Assembly (NCBI GenBank): GCA_963836075.1 | Contig: CAWIIB010000009.1 | Span: 288,001 to 352,000 of the forward strand | Length of the DNA: 64,000 nt | Reading direction: 5' to 3' | From: an uncultured Acidobacteriota bacterium | GTDB taxonomy: Bacteria > Acidobacteriota > JAQAZP01 | Shown: one piece after another, positions 19,882 to 31,014 of the stretch | How positions within the stretch are numbered: position 1 is the stretch's first letter | Layout of the letters: every line of letters starts with the position of its first letter | Notes under the pieces: generated by a model | Told to the model about the DNA's origin: nothing | What the model saw: only the letters and a program-made list of their open reading frames with translations | The model's database searches: none | Program-made: the position numbers and the translations under genes

Positions 19882-21560
19882 AGAGCGATGCTGTCGCCCA
19901 ATATTGTCACCTGCATCTTCGCTCGAGTGATGCCTGTGTAAACAAGTTGTCGAGGGTTTACCAGACGACCTGTTTCTGGAGTCAAAAGAAAAACCCTCTC
20001 AAACTCCGATCCCTGACTTTTATGCACTGTCAACGCCCAAGCCGGCTCATGAGGCGGCAGCTTTGACAACGGTATCCGTCTCAACTCTCCCCCCACAGTC
20101 GGGAAACAAACCTTCACCTGCCCCTCATCAAGCCAGCACACCCCCACATCCCCATTGAACAGGTTGGTCTGGTAGTCGTTCCTGGTCACCATCACTGGCT
20201 GTGCATGGTAGTGCCGTCCCGGCCCGATCATCCGCGATCGTCTAAGCCAGGTCTCGATATACTCATTGAGCTTGATCGAACCCCACTTCCCCACCCTGGT
20301 GGCGGATAGCAGCCTTAGCTCATTGAGCTTCTCTAGGGCCTCCTCCGGTGTCTTGCACTCCAGATATTCCTTGAGGAAGGGGATCACCGGCTCAAGGATA
20401 TCCTCGACTTTTTCAGGAAGATCCCTCCTGGTCACTTCGGGGTAGTCGATCGCTTTCCAGGATTTCCAGGGCTCTTTCCGCATCACCCACCCTGACCGCT
20501 TCGGTGAGCAGGCCGATCCCCGAGTCCTTGCCAAAGCGGTAAGAGTGCTTGAGCCGGATCACCGCATCCCGTAGCGGATCGGCCTTCTCTTCCCACTTCG
20601 ACGTGCTGTCCCGCCAAATTCTGACAGGCCTCGGCAAAGACCGCCCCATACGCTTCATTTTTCTCCGCCTCCCGGCAGATCTCGGCCAGCAGATCGCCGG
20701 CATCCACACTGGGCAGTTGGTATTCATCCCCCAGGATGATGATCCTTCCATTCGGCGGCATGGCCTCAAGAAGGCCGTCCATCAGCAGGAGCCCCACCAT
20801 CGAGGCTTCATCCACCACCAGGATATCCGCATCGAGCTGCCGTTCTTTGTTGAAACGGAAGCTGTCCTTGACCGGGATGTATTCGAGAAGGCGGTGGATT
20901 GTTTTCGCTTCTACGCCAAGCTTTTCGCTTATACCTTCCGGCAACGAGCCACATTGTTTCTCGATAGTCCAGCAGATCGTCCAACTGCTCGCGGATCGAC
21001 TCGGTGAGCCGGTTGGCCGCCTTTCCGGTGGGGGCGGCAAGCGCAACTCTGAGCTTCTCCTCCCGGACCAGCAGCAGGGCCAGGACCCGGGCCACGGTGT
21101 GGGTCTTTCCCGTCCCGGGGCCACCGGTGATCACGCAGAACCGGTGGCGGAGGGCACTGACCGCAGCCACGGCCTGCCAGTTGATGTCGGTCCCTTCTGG
21201 TGGGTGGGCCGAAGAGCTGCTGAATCAGGGGCTTGAGCTTGTCAAAGCCGGTATCGTCTGCCGGCATCTCGAGCCGAGTGCGGATGTTCGCCCAGATGCG
21301 CTGCTCGGCATGGTAGAAGCGGGCGAACTGGAGTTTGCCGGTGCTGGTCAGGACGAGGGGTTCGTCGCCGGTGCCGTCGCCGACCAGGTCGGAGGCGTTG
21401 AGGGTGGCGAGCCACTCGTCCTTGGGCGGGAGGGAGGGTACGGCCTCTTCGGACTCGAGGGGGAGGGGCTGGCCGGCGAACTCGTCGATGAGGGCGTAGC
21501 TGTGGCCCTGCTGGTTGAGGAGTTCGAGGAGGGTGACGGAAAGGGCGATGGTATCTGCGT
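19878..21560 (-). CDS. recD: RecD, multiple frameshifts, start uncertain
   Basis: RFYHAEQ, ITGGPGTGKT, AAPTGKAA, TIHRLL, VVDEASMV, GDEYQLPSV, TVHKSQGSEF, YTGITRA. Confidence 0.9.
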
Positions 21561-21599
21561 GTTCAGATTTAGCTCTTGCAGGAGAGCGGCGAGAAAGAG

Positions 21600-21633
21600 G
21601 AGATTGCTTCAGTCGCTCCGCTCCTCGCAATGA
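21600..21633. repeat. REP-like element at the recB/recD junction
   Basis: GAGATTGCTTCAGTCGCTCCGCTCCTCGCAATGA. Confidence 0.7.
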
Positions 21634-21683
21634 ATCGGTGACAGGCACAAAGCTGCCAGTCACCATTTGCCTCAACCAGTGCT

Positions 21684-24600
21684 TCAGGTCGGCCGATCGT
21701 GATACCACCCGTTGTCACCAGTACCTTCAATCCCCCTGACAAAGGCGTAGAAGACACCGCCAAAGTGCTGCTCGTAGTCGTAGCCCTTCACCCTTGACCC
21801 GAGGAACTGGTGCAGGGCCGCGCAGTAGAGGTGGTACTGCAGGATGTAGTGGTGGTCCACCATGGGGCGCCAGAGGCCGTCCTGGTCGTATTCGCCGGGA
21901 GTGTTCCCCAGGTGGTTCGACTTCCAGTCGATGATGTACCAGCGGTCGTCATGCTCGAAGACCAGGTCGACATACCCCTTGAGATAACCGTGGATCGCTC
22001 TGGCGTCGAGACGCTTCCAGTTGATCGGCATACTCGCCGGCAATACGGCCCTCGGCGTTTTTGGCGAAGAGATCGCCCAGGCCGGCCGGCTTCAGCTTGC
22101 TCAAGCGGCAGGTAGAACTCCCACTCGTTGAGACGGCTCTCCACCGGCACCTGGTCAAGGCTGAAGCCGGCGACCGGGCAAAGGCGCCGACGTGACCCGC
22201 TTCACCATCTCCCAGACATCCTGACGGGGGTCCAGCTCACCGAAGTGGCGTGCCGGGTCGAGGAGGTCGTAGCTCTTCAGCATCTGCTCCACCAGTTCAC
22301 CTGTTTTCGGTTCGTTTGCGCTGGTGAAGTCGCAATGCTCGAAGATCCCGTGGAAGCAGTTTCCCGACCGTGCCCCCTTGGCAAAGGCGAAAATGCCCGT
22401 TGGTTCTGCTTCCTCGGTGACCACCAGGTCTGTTGCCGGGTCTTCGTGGTCCGGGGTTTCGCTCGGGGGGACGGCATCCTCGCTGTCCGGCATGAGGATC
22501 ACATCGGGCGAGCCGGCCTGGTACCCGTGCCCCTTGGTCAACGAGCTGAAGCTGGTGACCCGCCAGACGTCGAAGCGGGGGGCGAGGTTGTGCTTCAGCA
22601 CAGAGGCGGACAGTTCCGGTGACTCACCTCCCTGCCCTTTCTGCCAGACAGGGACAGAGTCTTCTGTTTCTTGGAGTTCAACCACCTGCATCAGGCCCGG
22701 GTTGGCTTGTGACAGGCTGTTGATCGCCTCCCCGGCATCGCCGGTGATCAGGCTGGCGGCGTCCTCCATGCTCTGGCCATCCGCCTGTGTCCTCTTCACC
22801 CTCGCCAGCGTCACTGGCCGGGCGCAGCAGGTAGCGCAGGGCCGATTTCCATGAGCCGCCGCTTTCCTGGCCGATATCGCCCCAGACCGCGTAGCAGCGG
22901 TGGATCGCCCTGGTCAGGGCCACGTAGGTCAGCCGGAGCTCCTCGGCCAGCCGTTCGGCCTCGGCCCGGGGGTGGTACTGCTCACGGGCGTCCTTGCCAA
23001 AGGCGTAGACCACCCGGGATTCGTCCTCCTTGTGGTGGACCAGGATCGGCTGCTTCGCATCCACCGGCCTGGAGTCCCAGAGGTCGGTGCAGAAGACGAT
23101 GCCGTACTGCAGGCCCTTGGCCCGGTGGATGGTGGAGATGGTCACCGCGTCGGCCTCGCTCTCCAGGCGCAGCTCGGTCTGCTCGCGCTCCTTGGTCCCC
23201 TCGGCCCGGGTTCTCCGCACCCAGCTGAGGAGGCCGTCCGGGGCGAGGCTGTCCCGGGCCGCCGCCTGGTGCAGGATCTCCACGCAGTGCAGGATGTTGG
23301 TCAGCCGCCGTTCGCCGTCCACCAGCGTGGCCAGCCGGGCCCGCACACCCTGTTTGGCGATCAGCCGCTGGGCCATGGCGGTGAACCCGCAGGCCAGCCA
23401 GGTGTCGCGCATCAGCTCCAGCTCTTCCACCGCCTCTTCCCAGAGCGTGTCGTTCTCGTCCAGGGTGCGGATCTGGGACGCCTTGACGCCCCACAGCTCG
23501 GTGGTCAGGGCGCCGCGCACGGCGGCGTGGTAGCGCGAGTTGAGCACCGCGAACATCACCGTCTCCAGCTCGGCCATCTCGTGGGTCTGGAGGACGCTGT
23601 CGGTGTTGGCGATGATCGCCGGCACACCGGCCTCGCGCAGCCGGCCCTGCAGGTCGGACGCCTGCCAGTTGGCGCTGACCAGGATGGCGATGTCGGGCGG
23701 CCCCACACGGCGGTCCCCGATCTTCAGCTGCTCGTCTGCCGAGGAGGCGCACCACCTCGCGGACCACCGCGGGGTAGATGATCTCCCGGGCGTCTCCCTT
23801 GCTCAGGGGCTTGCCCTTCTCACCCCGGGGGACGGTCCACCAGCTGAAGGGCGGGGTGTCGTCGCCGGTGAGCGGCTTCTCATCCACCTTGCCCGCCGCC
23901 ACCGCGTTCTCGAAGGGGATCTCGGGGTGGACGAAGGGGTCGGGGCCGCGTTCAAAGACCCGGTTCACCGCCTCCACCAGGCCGCTCTCCGAGCGCCAGT
24001 TCCTGGTCAGCGAGAAGAGCTCGTCGGCCTGGCGCTTGGCCTGCAGGTAGGTGAAGATGTCGGCCCCGCGGAAACGGTAGATCGCCTGCTTGGGGTCGCC
24101 GATGAGGAAGAGCGGCTTGCCGGCAAAGGCGGTGCGGAAGATGGCGTACTGGTAGGGGTCGGTGTCCTGGAACTCGTCGATCAGGGCCACTTGGTACTGC
24201 TTGCCGATGGAGTCTTTCAGCTCCTCGGCTTTCTGTTCATCCGCCGGCCGGTTCAGCGCCTCGTCCAGCCGCCGCAGCATGTCGTCGAAGGCGAGGATGT
24301 GACGCCGCCGCTTCTCCTGGTCGAAGGTCAGCCCCACCGTGTCGATGAACTCCCGGGAGAGGCTGAGGAAGACGTCATCGATGGCCTCGGCCAGCCGGTC
24401 GCAGGCCTGGAAGAGGGGGAAGGACGGCGGCGCCTTCTGCTCCTTCTTCCGCTTGTTCATCTTGTCGTGGACTTTTTCCGTGGTGCAGCCCAGCGCCGTC
24501 TCCAGGCCGGTGATCAGGTCACCCCGGCCCAGGGCCTCGAACCCGTCGATCACCTCCTGGCAGCGATTCCGGGGCCAGCGGTGCGTTCTTGTTCCAGGTT

Positions 24601-25344
24601 GTGTCGCTCGAGAAGGCTTCCAGGGCCGCCGCGTCGAAAGATTCGAGGACCTCGTCCACCGCCTGTCTGGAAGTCGGCCAGCGATGCATCCACCGGCCGG
24701 CTCTCCGGCAGCATCTCGGTGTGCGGGTGCCGGCGCCACTTCCTGAAGTGCTCCACCAGCTGCTCCCGCTTCCACTTCCGGGAGACCGACAGGGCGGCCA
24801 GCTGCTTGTCCGCCGCCACCCGGTCGCGCCAGAAGTCGACGGTGGCCAGGTTGATGTAGTGGCTGTCGTCGTCCTCGACATTCTCGGTGTGGAACGGCAT
24901 CCCGCTCTCGAAGGCGTTGGTGGTCAGCACCCGCTGGCAGAAGCTGTGGATGGTGCAGACCGCCAGGTCGTCGCACTGGCGAAGCGCCTCGCGGAGCCTG
25001 GCCAGACCGCTGCCGTCATCCTTCGACTTGAGGTGCAGGATCAGCTCGTCGTCTGTCTCGCCGCCGGCAAAGGCCCGCTCGGCGTCGCTGATCAGCCGCC
25101 TGATTCTGGTCACCAGTTCCGCGGTGGCGGCCCGGGTGAAGGTGACCACGAGGATGTGGGGCAGCTCGATCGGGCCAGTGGGGCCATCCTTGCCTGCCTT
25201 GCCGGCAACGGGGGTGACCCCCTCGAGCAGCAGGCGCAGGACCATCCTGGTCAGGGCATAGGTCTTCCCCGTGCCGGCCCCGGCCTCCACCAGGGTGATG
25301 CCGGGGGAGATGGGGGAGGTTTGGATGTTGAAGGATTCGGTCAT
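21684..25344 (-). CDS. recB: RecB, multiple frameshifts
   Basis: EAGAGTGKT, VTFTRAATAEL, TIHSFC, IDEFQDTD, GDPKQAIYRFRGAD, TIHRAKGL, YVALTRA; nuclease GYVDL..IIDWKSN..YILQYHLY. Confidence 0.92.
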
Positions 25345-25353
25345 GTTAGGCCG

Positions 25354-25632
25354 TCACTCGGCCCCTCCTTCGATTGTTACGAGCAGTTCCCGACCTTTCT
25401 CCGTCAGCCGGTATTTCTGCTTGCTGCTTCGGGGCTTGTCGGGGATGGTCATCTCGATAAATTCCGCTTTTAGTAGTGCATTCAATACTTGGTGCCGGAA
25501 CTTGGTACGGTCAGAACGCCCGGTAACGGCCATAAGACTCACTAATGTGCTGTCCTCACGGCATTTATGCAGAATGTCGACTTGGTGCCGACTTAGTGCC
25601 GGCTTGGTGCCGATTTCAGAAGAGTCGGGCAA
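25354..25632 (-). CDS. Fic-family C-terminal winged-HTH fragment
   Basis: GRSDRTKFR..LNALL..IEMTIPDKPRSSKQKYRLTEKG. Confidence 0.65.
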   Translation of the reverse strand: MPDSSEIGTKPALSRHQVDILHKCREDSTLVSLMAVTGRSDRTKFRHQVLNALLKAEFIEMTIPDKPRSSKQKYRLTEKGRELLVTIEGGAE

Positions 25633-25885
25633 AACCGCAGGCAGAAAGGTAATAAAGTGGATTTTCCACTGTGGGTTTGTCGTTCCGCCTCTTCACCAAG
25701 TCAAAATAGGATTTCCAAACCTGGAATAGCGTTTCATCAATTTGGATGTGATTGTTTGAGTCTAAACCAGCCTCGACCAGATCGAAGATTGTAAGCAACA
25801 GCAGAGGCTTATGAGGACGCTCATGCTGATGTTGCTTATCGCGTCGAAGATTGTAGAGTTTTTCGAGAACGTCTACGTACTTCAT
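25616..25885 (-). pseudogene. N-terminal fragment of a putative HNH restriction endonuclease
   Basis: LRRD..ERPHKPLLLLTIFDL..NPLYYL typical of such N-termini; no HNH domain follows. Confidence 0.55.
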
Positions 25886-26004
25886 CGTCTATTACTTACC
25901 TCAAAGCCCAATTGCGCTGTTATTGCGTACCAGACTCAACGCCAACTGATATCCACTCGGCATTACACCTATCTGGCACATTCGACTATGAATTTACGAC
26001 AACT

Positions 26005-26937
26005 TATTCTAATTGCAGCGGTTTAACTCGCGGTCAGATTCTCTGGAAAAAGCTTCTGCTCGCTCCTTCATCCACTCATGCAAGTCAGGCCAAACATGCT
26101 TATTCTTCGAATCACCATCTCGGGATTGAATGATCCGGCAATCCTGTCCATCAGGCAGTTCGTGCCATTCGAGTTCACCCAATACATCTTCTATGGCTTC
26201 TCGATCTTCAATGAGCTTGCCGAAAGCAAGCTTGGCCAGTTTCCCCCGGATATACAGTTCACAACCTAGGCGCTTAACTTGTGTATTGGTTGTAAGACTC
26301 AGGTGAAATTTTGACCGGCCAATGGCAATTGAATACCAATGTTGGGGCCTCGGTGTTCGGAGTCGAAGATCTGTTTCAGAGTTCTCATATATTCCTTAAG
26401 CGCATTCCAGAATCCGTGATGACCGGCTTTGGTAGATGATAAGGATTTGACGTTTGGACCACTCATTACTGATTTTGACCTCGTTAGGGCTGGCAACAAC
26501 ATTGAATCGAGAGGCAGGTCTCGAATCATCAATTTTCCACAATTCAATTTCACAAGCAATGAAGGCCACATCGGCGACGGTCATCTCATTTAGCCAATCT
26601 ACAGCCTGTCGATGCTCATCAGTGACTTCTCTACAAATCCAGATGACAATCCTTGCATCAATTCCCGATGCTAGGTAATAAGTTGCCCGAGATGCTTGTG
26701 ATCGGTTTTGTTAAGCTGATTCTCAATGATGACAGTTCTACCATCATTATCTCGTGCCAGGATGTCGGCCCTAAATGAACCAATCGGGACTTCCGTCCCT
26801 TCCAGTTCCAGATCCAATCCGATCGCATCACCGAGTATTTGAAGATGAGCTTCTTCCGCTAACCATGGAGTAAAATCAGCTTCTTCATTTCTCCATCGAA
26901 TTCTAACGTCAACAGAATCTATCATTCCTAACTCCAT
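26005..26937 (-). CDS. DUF4268-like PD-(D/E)xK domain protein, frameshifted, AT-rich; end approximate
   Basis: WRNEEADFTPWLAE, ADILA..IIENQL..TDHKHLGQLIT(Y)ASG, EHRQAVDWLN, PQHWY. Confidence 0.75.
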
Positions 26938-27036
26938 AGGCTACCTCCATATATTCATCATTGAAATTAAATGTATATATCTTAGAGTGGTCAATCAAAA
27001 TCTCTTCATAAATATTGTTGATTGCATTTTCAAACC

Positions 27037-30000
27037 TCATTTAAATCTCCATCCTTGACCCCAGCGCCCCACGCCACAGCTTACGGGCCCAGTGCTCGAA
27101 CTCTTCCTTCTGTTCATCCAGAGCATCCTTGCCCCGGTAACAAAGGATACGTACTGGTCCTCGCGCTCTCCTTTGGCGGCATCGCCCCGATACTGATCTC
27201 CCTTCCAGGCATAGAACGCTTTTGACCAGGGTGAGGACAGGCGGCTGGTGCTCTTTCCCTCCCGCTCGTATTCTTTGATCTTGGCGCGCTGCAGTTCATA
27301 CTCGTAGCTGGTCTTTTCGAAGAGCGGCACCGGCTTCTGCAGCATATGATGCGGGTATCCCTGATGAATGAACTGATAATGCGCTTTGGTTCATGGATGA
27401 TGCCGAACTTCATTTCCTCGTCGGTGCCGATCAGCCGGGTGAATGGACTGGCTTCTGACATTTTCCGCCCAGTTCCTCCTCTTTCGAGACAGGCGCTATA
27501 CGCCAGGTGCGTGAACCACGCCCGGATGATGTCCTTCGGCTTCAAGCTGGCACACCGGAACTGCACCCGCCCCTGGTCGGTGAGGTTCTCGATCCGGCCG
27601 GTGAGCTTCCAGGGGTTCCCTTCGACCTCGCCTTCCAGCGCCACCGTCAGCGGCTCCAGCGGCACGGGCGCCCCAACCTTCTCCACGAACTGCTGCACCT
27701 GGGTGCCCAGCTGGGCGTGATAGGCCCGGCCCAGGTGGTCCGGCGGCAGGTCGCCCCGTGCCTGGAGGATGTCCCACTCGCGCTCCATGTCGGGCTGGGG
27801 CATCGGTTCGCCCGGCCCGCGGCCCGCGGCCAGCCTCAGCCGTTCGCCTGCCAGCCAGTTCTCGAAGGCGTATTTCTCGAGGCCGGCCATCTCCAGCGGC
27901 TCCACGTCCTCCAGCTCGGCCTCTTCCCGGGGCAGGACGATGCCCAGTGTCCTGTTGCAGAAGAACTTGCAGGGGTGGGTCCAGCAGGCGATCAGGTCGT
28001 CGAGGGTCAGGTCGAGACACTGGGCGTTCTCTTCACTGAGCGGAATCGGCTCGGTGAAGAAGGGGACGGCCGCGGGCGGATTCTGGGCCGCGCGGGTGGC
28101 CCGCACACCCTCGGCGGCCTGGCAGTTGTCCCGGGAGTAGCTGAAGAGCTTCCGGTCGCTGCGGTCGAAGTAGGCCGCGTTGAACGGCTGGAGGGGGTGG
28201 AGGGTGGTGATGGCTTCGCGGGGGGTCTCAATGAGATTGCTTCGTCGCTGCGCTCCTCGCAATGACAGATCATCCGCTCGCAATGACATGCTCTGGTCCA
28301 CCACATTCAGCAGCTCATCCACCACCACCGAGGCGGCCCGCTCCTTGTTGTCCTTTTGCGAGCGGCCGACGTAGCGTGATGATCAGCCGCTCGGAGGCGG
28401 CGGCCAGGGTCTCGAGGAAGAGCTGCTTCTGGTCGGCGCGGACAGAGCGGTCGCCGGGCAGCGGCCTGGCCGCCATCAGGTCGAAGGTGGGGGGCCGCTC
28501 CTTGGAGGGGAACGACCCGTCGTCGAGGCCGGCCACGGCGATGACCCTGAACGGGATGGTGCGCATCGGCTTGAGAGCACAGAAGGTCACCGCCCCGCTG
28601 ATGAAGCTGGTGGCTCGCCCCTCCTCGCCCAGGGCCTGCTCCAGGTGGTCGCGGATCACGGCCATGTCCAGCTCGGGGGGCGCTCCACCTGCGGTTTCGC
28701 CTGCCCGGCGCATGCGGTTCAGTTCCTCGCGCACGGTCTGCAGGGCCTGCTCCTCGCCCCCTTCAGGGGCGAAGAAATTCTCCAGCAGGTCGGCGAGCAG
28801 GTCCGCCCATGCGGTGAGCGACCTTGGCTTACCGCATCTCGTCCAGCCGCTGGAACAGGTCAACCACCCAGCAGTCGAAGCGGCCCAGCAGGTCGAGGTG
28901 GCTCATGGTGGCCGTGCCCAGGGGCAGGATGCCGGCCACCAGGTCGTCCCGCGGCCCGGTGATCATGCCCATCAGCAGGCGGTCGAGGCCGGCCCGCCAG
29001 GTGTTGGCCTCGAAGGGGGGCAGGTTGAAGACGTCCTGCTTGAAGGCGCCGTCCACCCCCCAGCGGATGTTGGTCTCCCGCACCCAGTGCCTGATCTGCG
29101 GCAGCTCGCTGCCCAGGATGCCGGCCTTTCTGCCGCACCGAAGGGATCTCCAGCAGGTCGATCACCTCGGTGGCGGTGAGCCGGGCATCGGCCAGGGCCA
29201 GCACCTTGAGCACCCCCTCGGAGAGCGGCTGCTCCTCGCCCCGCTTGCGGTCGGCGATACTGTAGGGGATGTGCGGCGTGCCGTCGTGCTTCACGCCAAA
29301 GACGGCGTCGATATACGGCGCGTAACTCGCGATCTCGGGCGCCATCACCAGGACGTCGCTGGGCTTCAGATCCGGGTTGCTGTCGAAGGCCTCCAGCAGC
29401 AGGTCGCGCAGCACCTCCATCTCGCGGAGCGGCGAGTGGCAGTTGTGGATGGTGAGCGAGCGGTCGCCCGGGTCAAGGGGCAGGGGCAGGGCGGTGTGGG
29501 TTGATGCGGCGCCGCCCTCTGACGGAGCACCACCAAATCCCCCGCGGTCTATGTCATCGATGACATCATCCTGGATCACCTGGAGGAGGGTGCGGGTGCT
29601 TCCCATCTCCCTCTCCCCCCACAACCCACAGCCCGTTGGCCTCTTCCCCCTCTTCCTCCACCGCCCCATGCTTGAGCAGCAGCTCGAGAAACAGATCCCC
29701 CTGCTCACCCATCGAGCCCAGCAGGCGGTTGCCCTCCAGTGAGCCCTCATCCCCCTCGCCCCTCGCCTTCTTCACCCGAGTGGGGCTGAAGCGGTAGACG
29801 GTCACCGGGATGTGCTTGCCCAGGGCGGCCAGCAGCTCGATGAAGATCGGCGGCAGGCTGCTCACCCCGAAGACGCCGAGGCGCCTCGGCATCCCCTCGA
29901 TCTCGTCCGCCGGGCCGTCGAGCTTGTTGATGTGGTCGATCAGGCGGCGGAAGCGGTCGCCCAGGTGCTCCTGGCCCTTGAGGCCGGCGCAGACCCGGCG

Positions 30001-30519
30001 CCAGAGTTTCGACTGCCAGCCGAGGTGGCGGTAGGTGGCGGCGTCGGGGTCGTCGAGGTCCCAGTCGCGGAGCAGCTCGGTGCGGTAGAGCTGGTACTCG
30101 TCGAAGGTGGCGGCGATCTTCGCCGCCAGCTGGTAGCGCTTGCGCAGGTCGTTGTCGGCGAGGTAGGCGCGGATCGGGGCGAACTCGTCGCCGGGGAGGT
30201 TCTTGCCGAGGAGGGCCATCAGCCGCCAGGTCAGCGGCCCGCGGCCAAAGGGGTCGCCCTCCTCGTCCTCGGCGCTGCCCAGCAGCTTTTTCGCCAGCCA
30301 GGCGGCGGCGTTCCTCGGGAAGGGCATGGAGATCGACGCGGCGATCCCCAGCTCTCTGGCCAGCTCGAGGGTGACCCAGCGCTTCATCCCCCCGCTCTGC
30401 ACCACGATCCGCTCGAAGTCGAGCGGGGGCAGGGGGTCGTCGCGCAGCACCCCGGCCATCCGGCCCAGCAGCATGGGCAGGCTGTTGCTGCTCTGGATAA
30501 AGAAACCGGGGCTGGTCAT
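27037..30519 (-). CDS. recC: RecC, multiple frameshifts
   Basis: SNSLPML, IVVQSGGMKRW, WQSKLW, CHSPLREMEVLRD, VMAP, IPYSIAD, PMRTIPFRVI, HPLQPF. Confidence 0.9.
28233..28288. repeat. REP-like element with partial duplicate, in frame within recC
   Basis: GAGATTGCTTCGTCGCTGCGCTCCTCGCAATGACA..GCTCGCAATGACA; translates as SLRADDLSLRGAQRRSNL in RecC. Confidence 0.75.
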
Positions 30520-31014
30520 GCCGGGCTCCACGGTGTAGGCCCGCATACCTCACGGCCGCCCGGTGCTGCTGGCGACAATGCGAAAAAACCCTGTGAGACA
30601 TGCAAACCTGTGAATCAGGGAGACGAGATCCGAAGGCGGAAGTCCGTCCACGGAGTGCTTGGTTCCATTATAGGAACGGGATGGCTGCTTGTAAAGGAAA
30701 CTACCGAATCTATCAGCAGATAAATGCCATATTTACTATGAGGTTATGAGGATTCAGGCGCAGACGGCTCACCAGCCGGGACGAAATCGGCGCATGGTGA
30801 TTGTGACCAAAAGTTGCTTTAATTGTCTATTTCTTTTATACAGAAGGTAGATATTTAAGGCAGTTTTCCTTCCCACTCCATTGTCATCAAGAGTGACTGC
30901 CGGGAAAGCCGCCGGATTGACCGGCATGGCGCCGCGTGAGGCGACAGCCTGAAGAGTCTGCAGTGCCCGGCAATGCAGCCCAACAACTGAATTTCGAACA
31001 GGAGTACTTAAAAG

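Noticed and set aside
19835-19910. Intact tRNA gene
   Set aside because: No D-arm or 5' acceptor stem; the upstream sequence is recD coding.
26671-26673. TAG readthrough or recoding in the DUF4268-like gene
   Set aside because: The protein continues in another frame (LIT-Y-ASG), indicating a one-base deletion.
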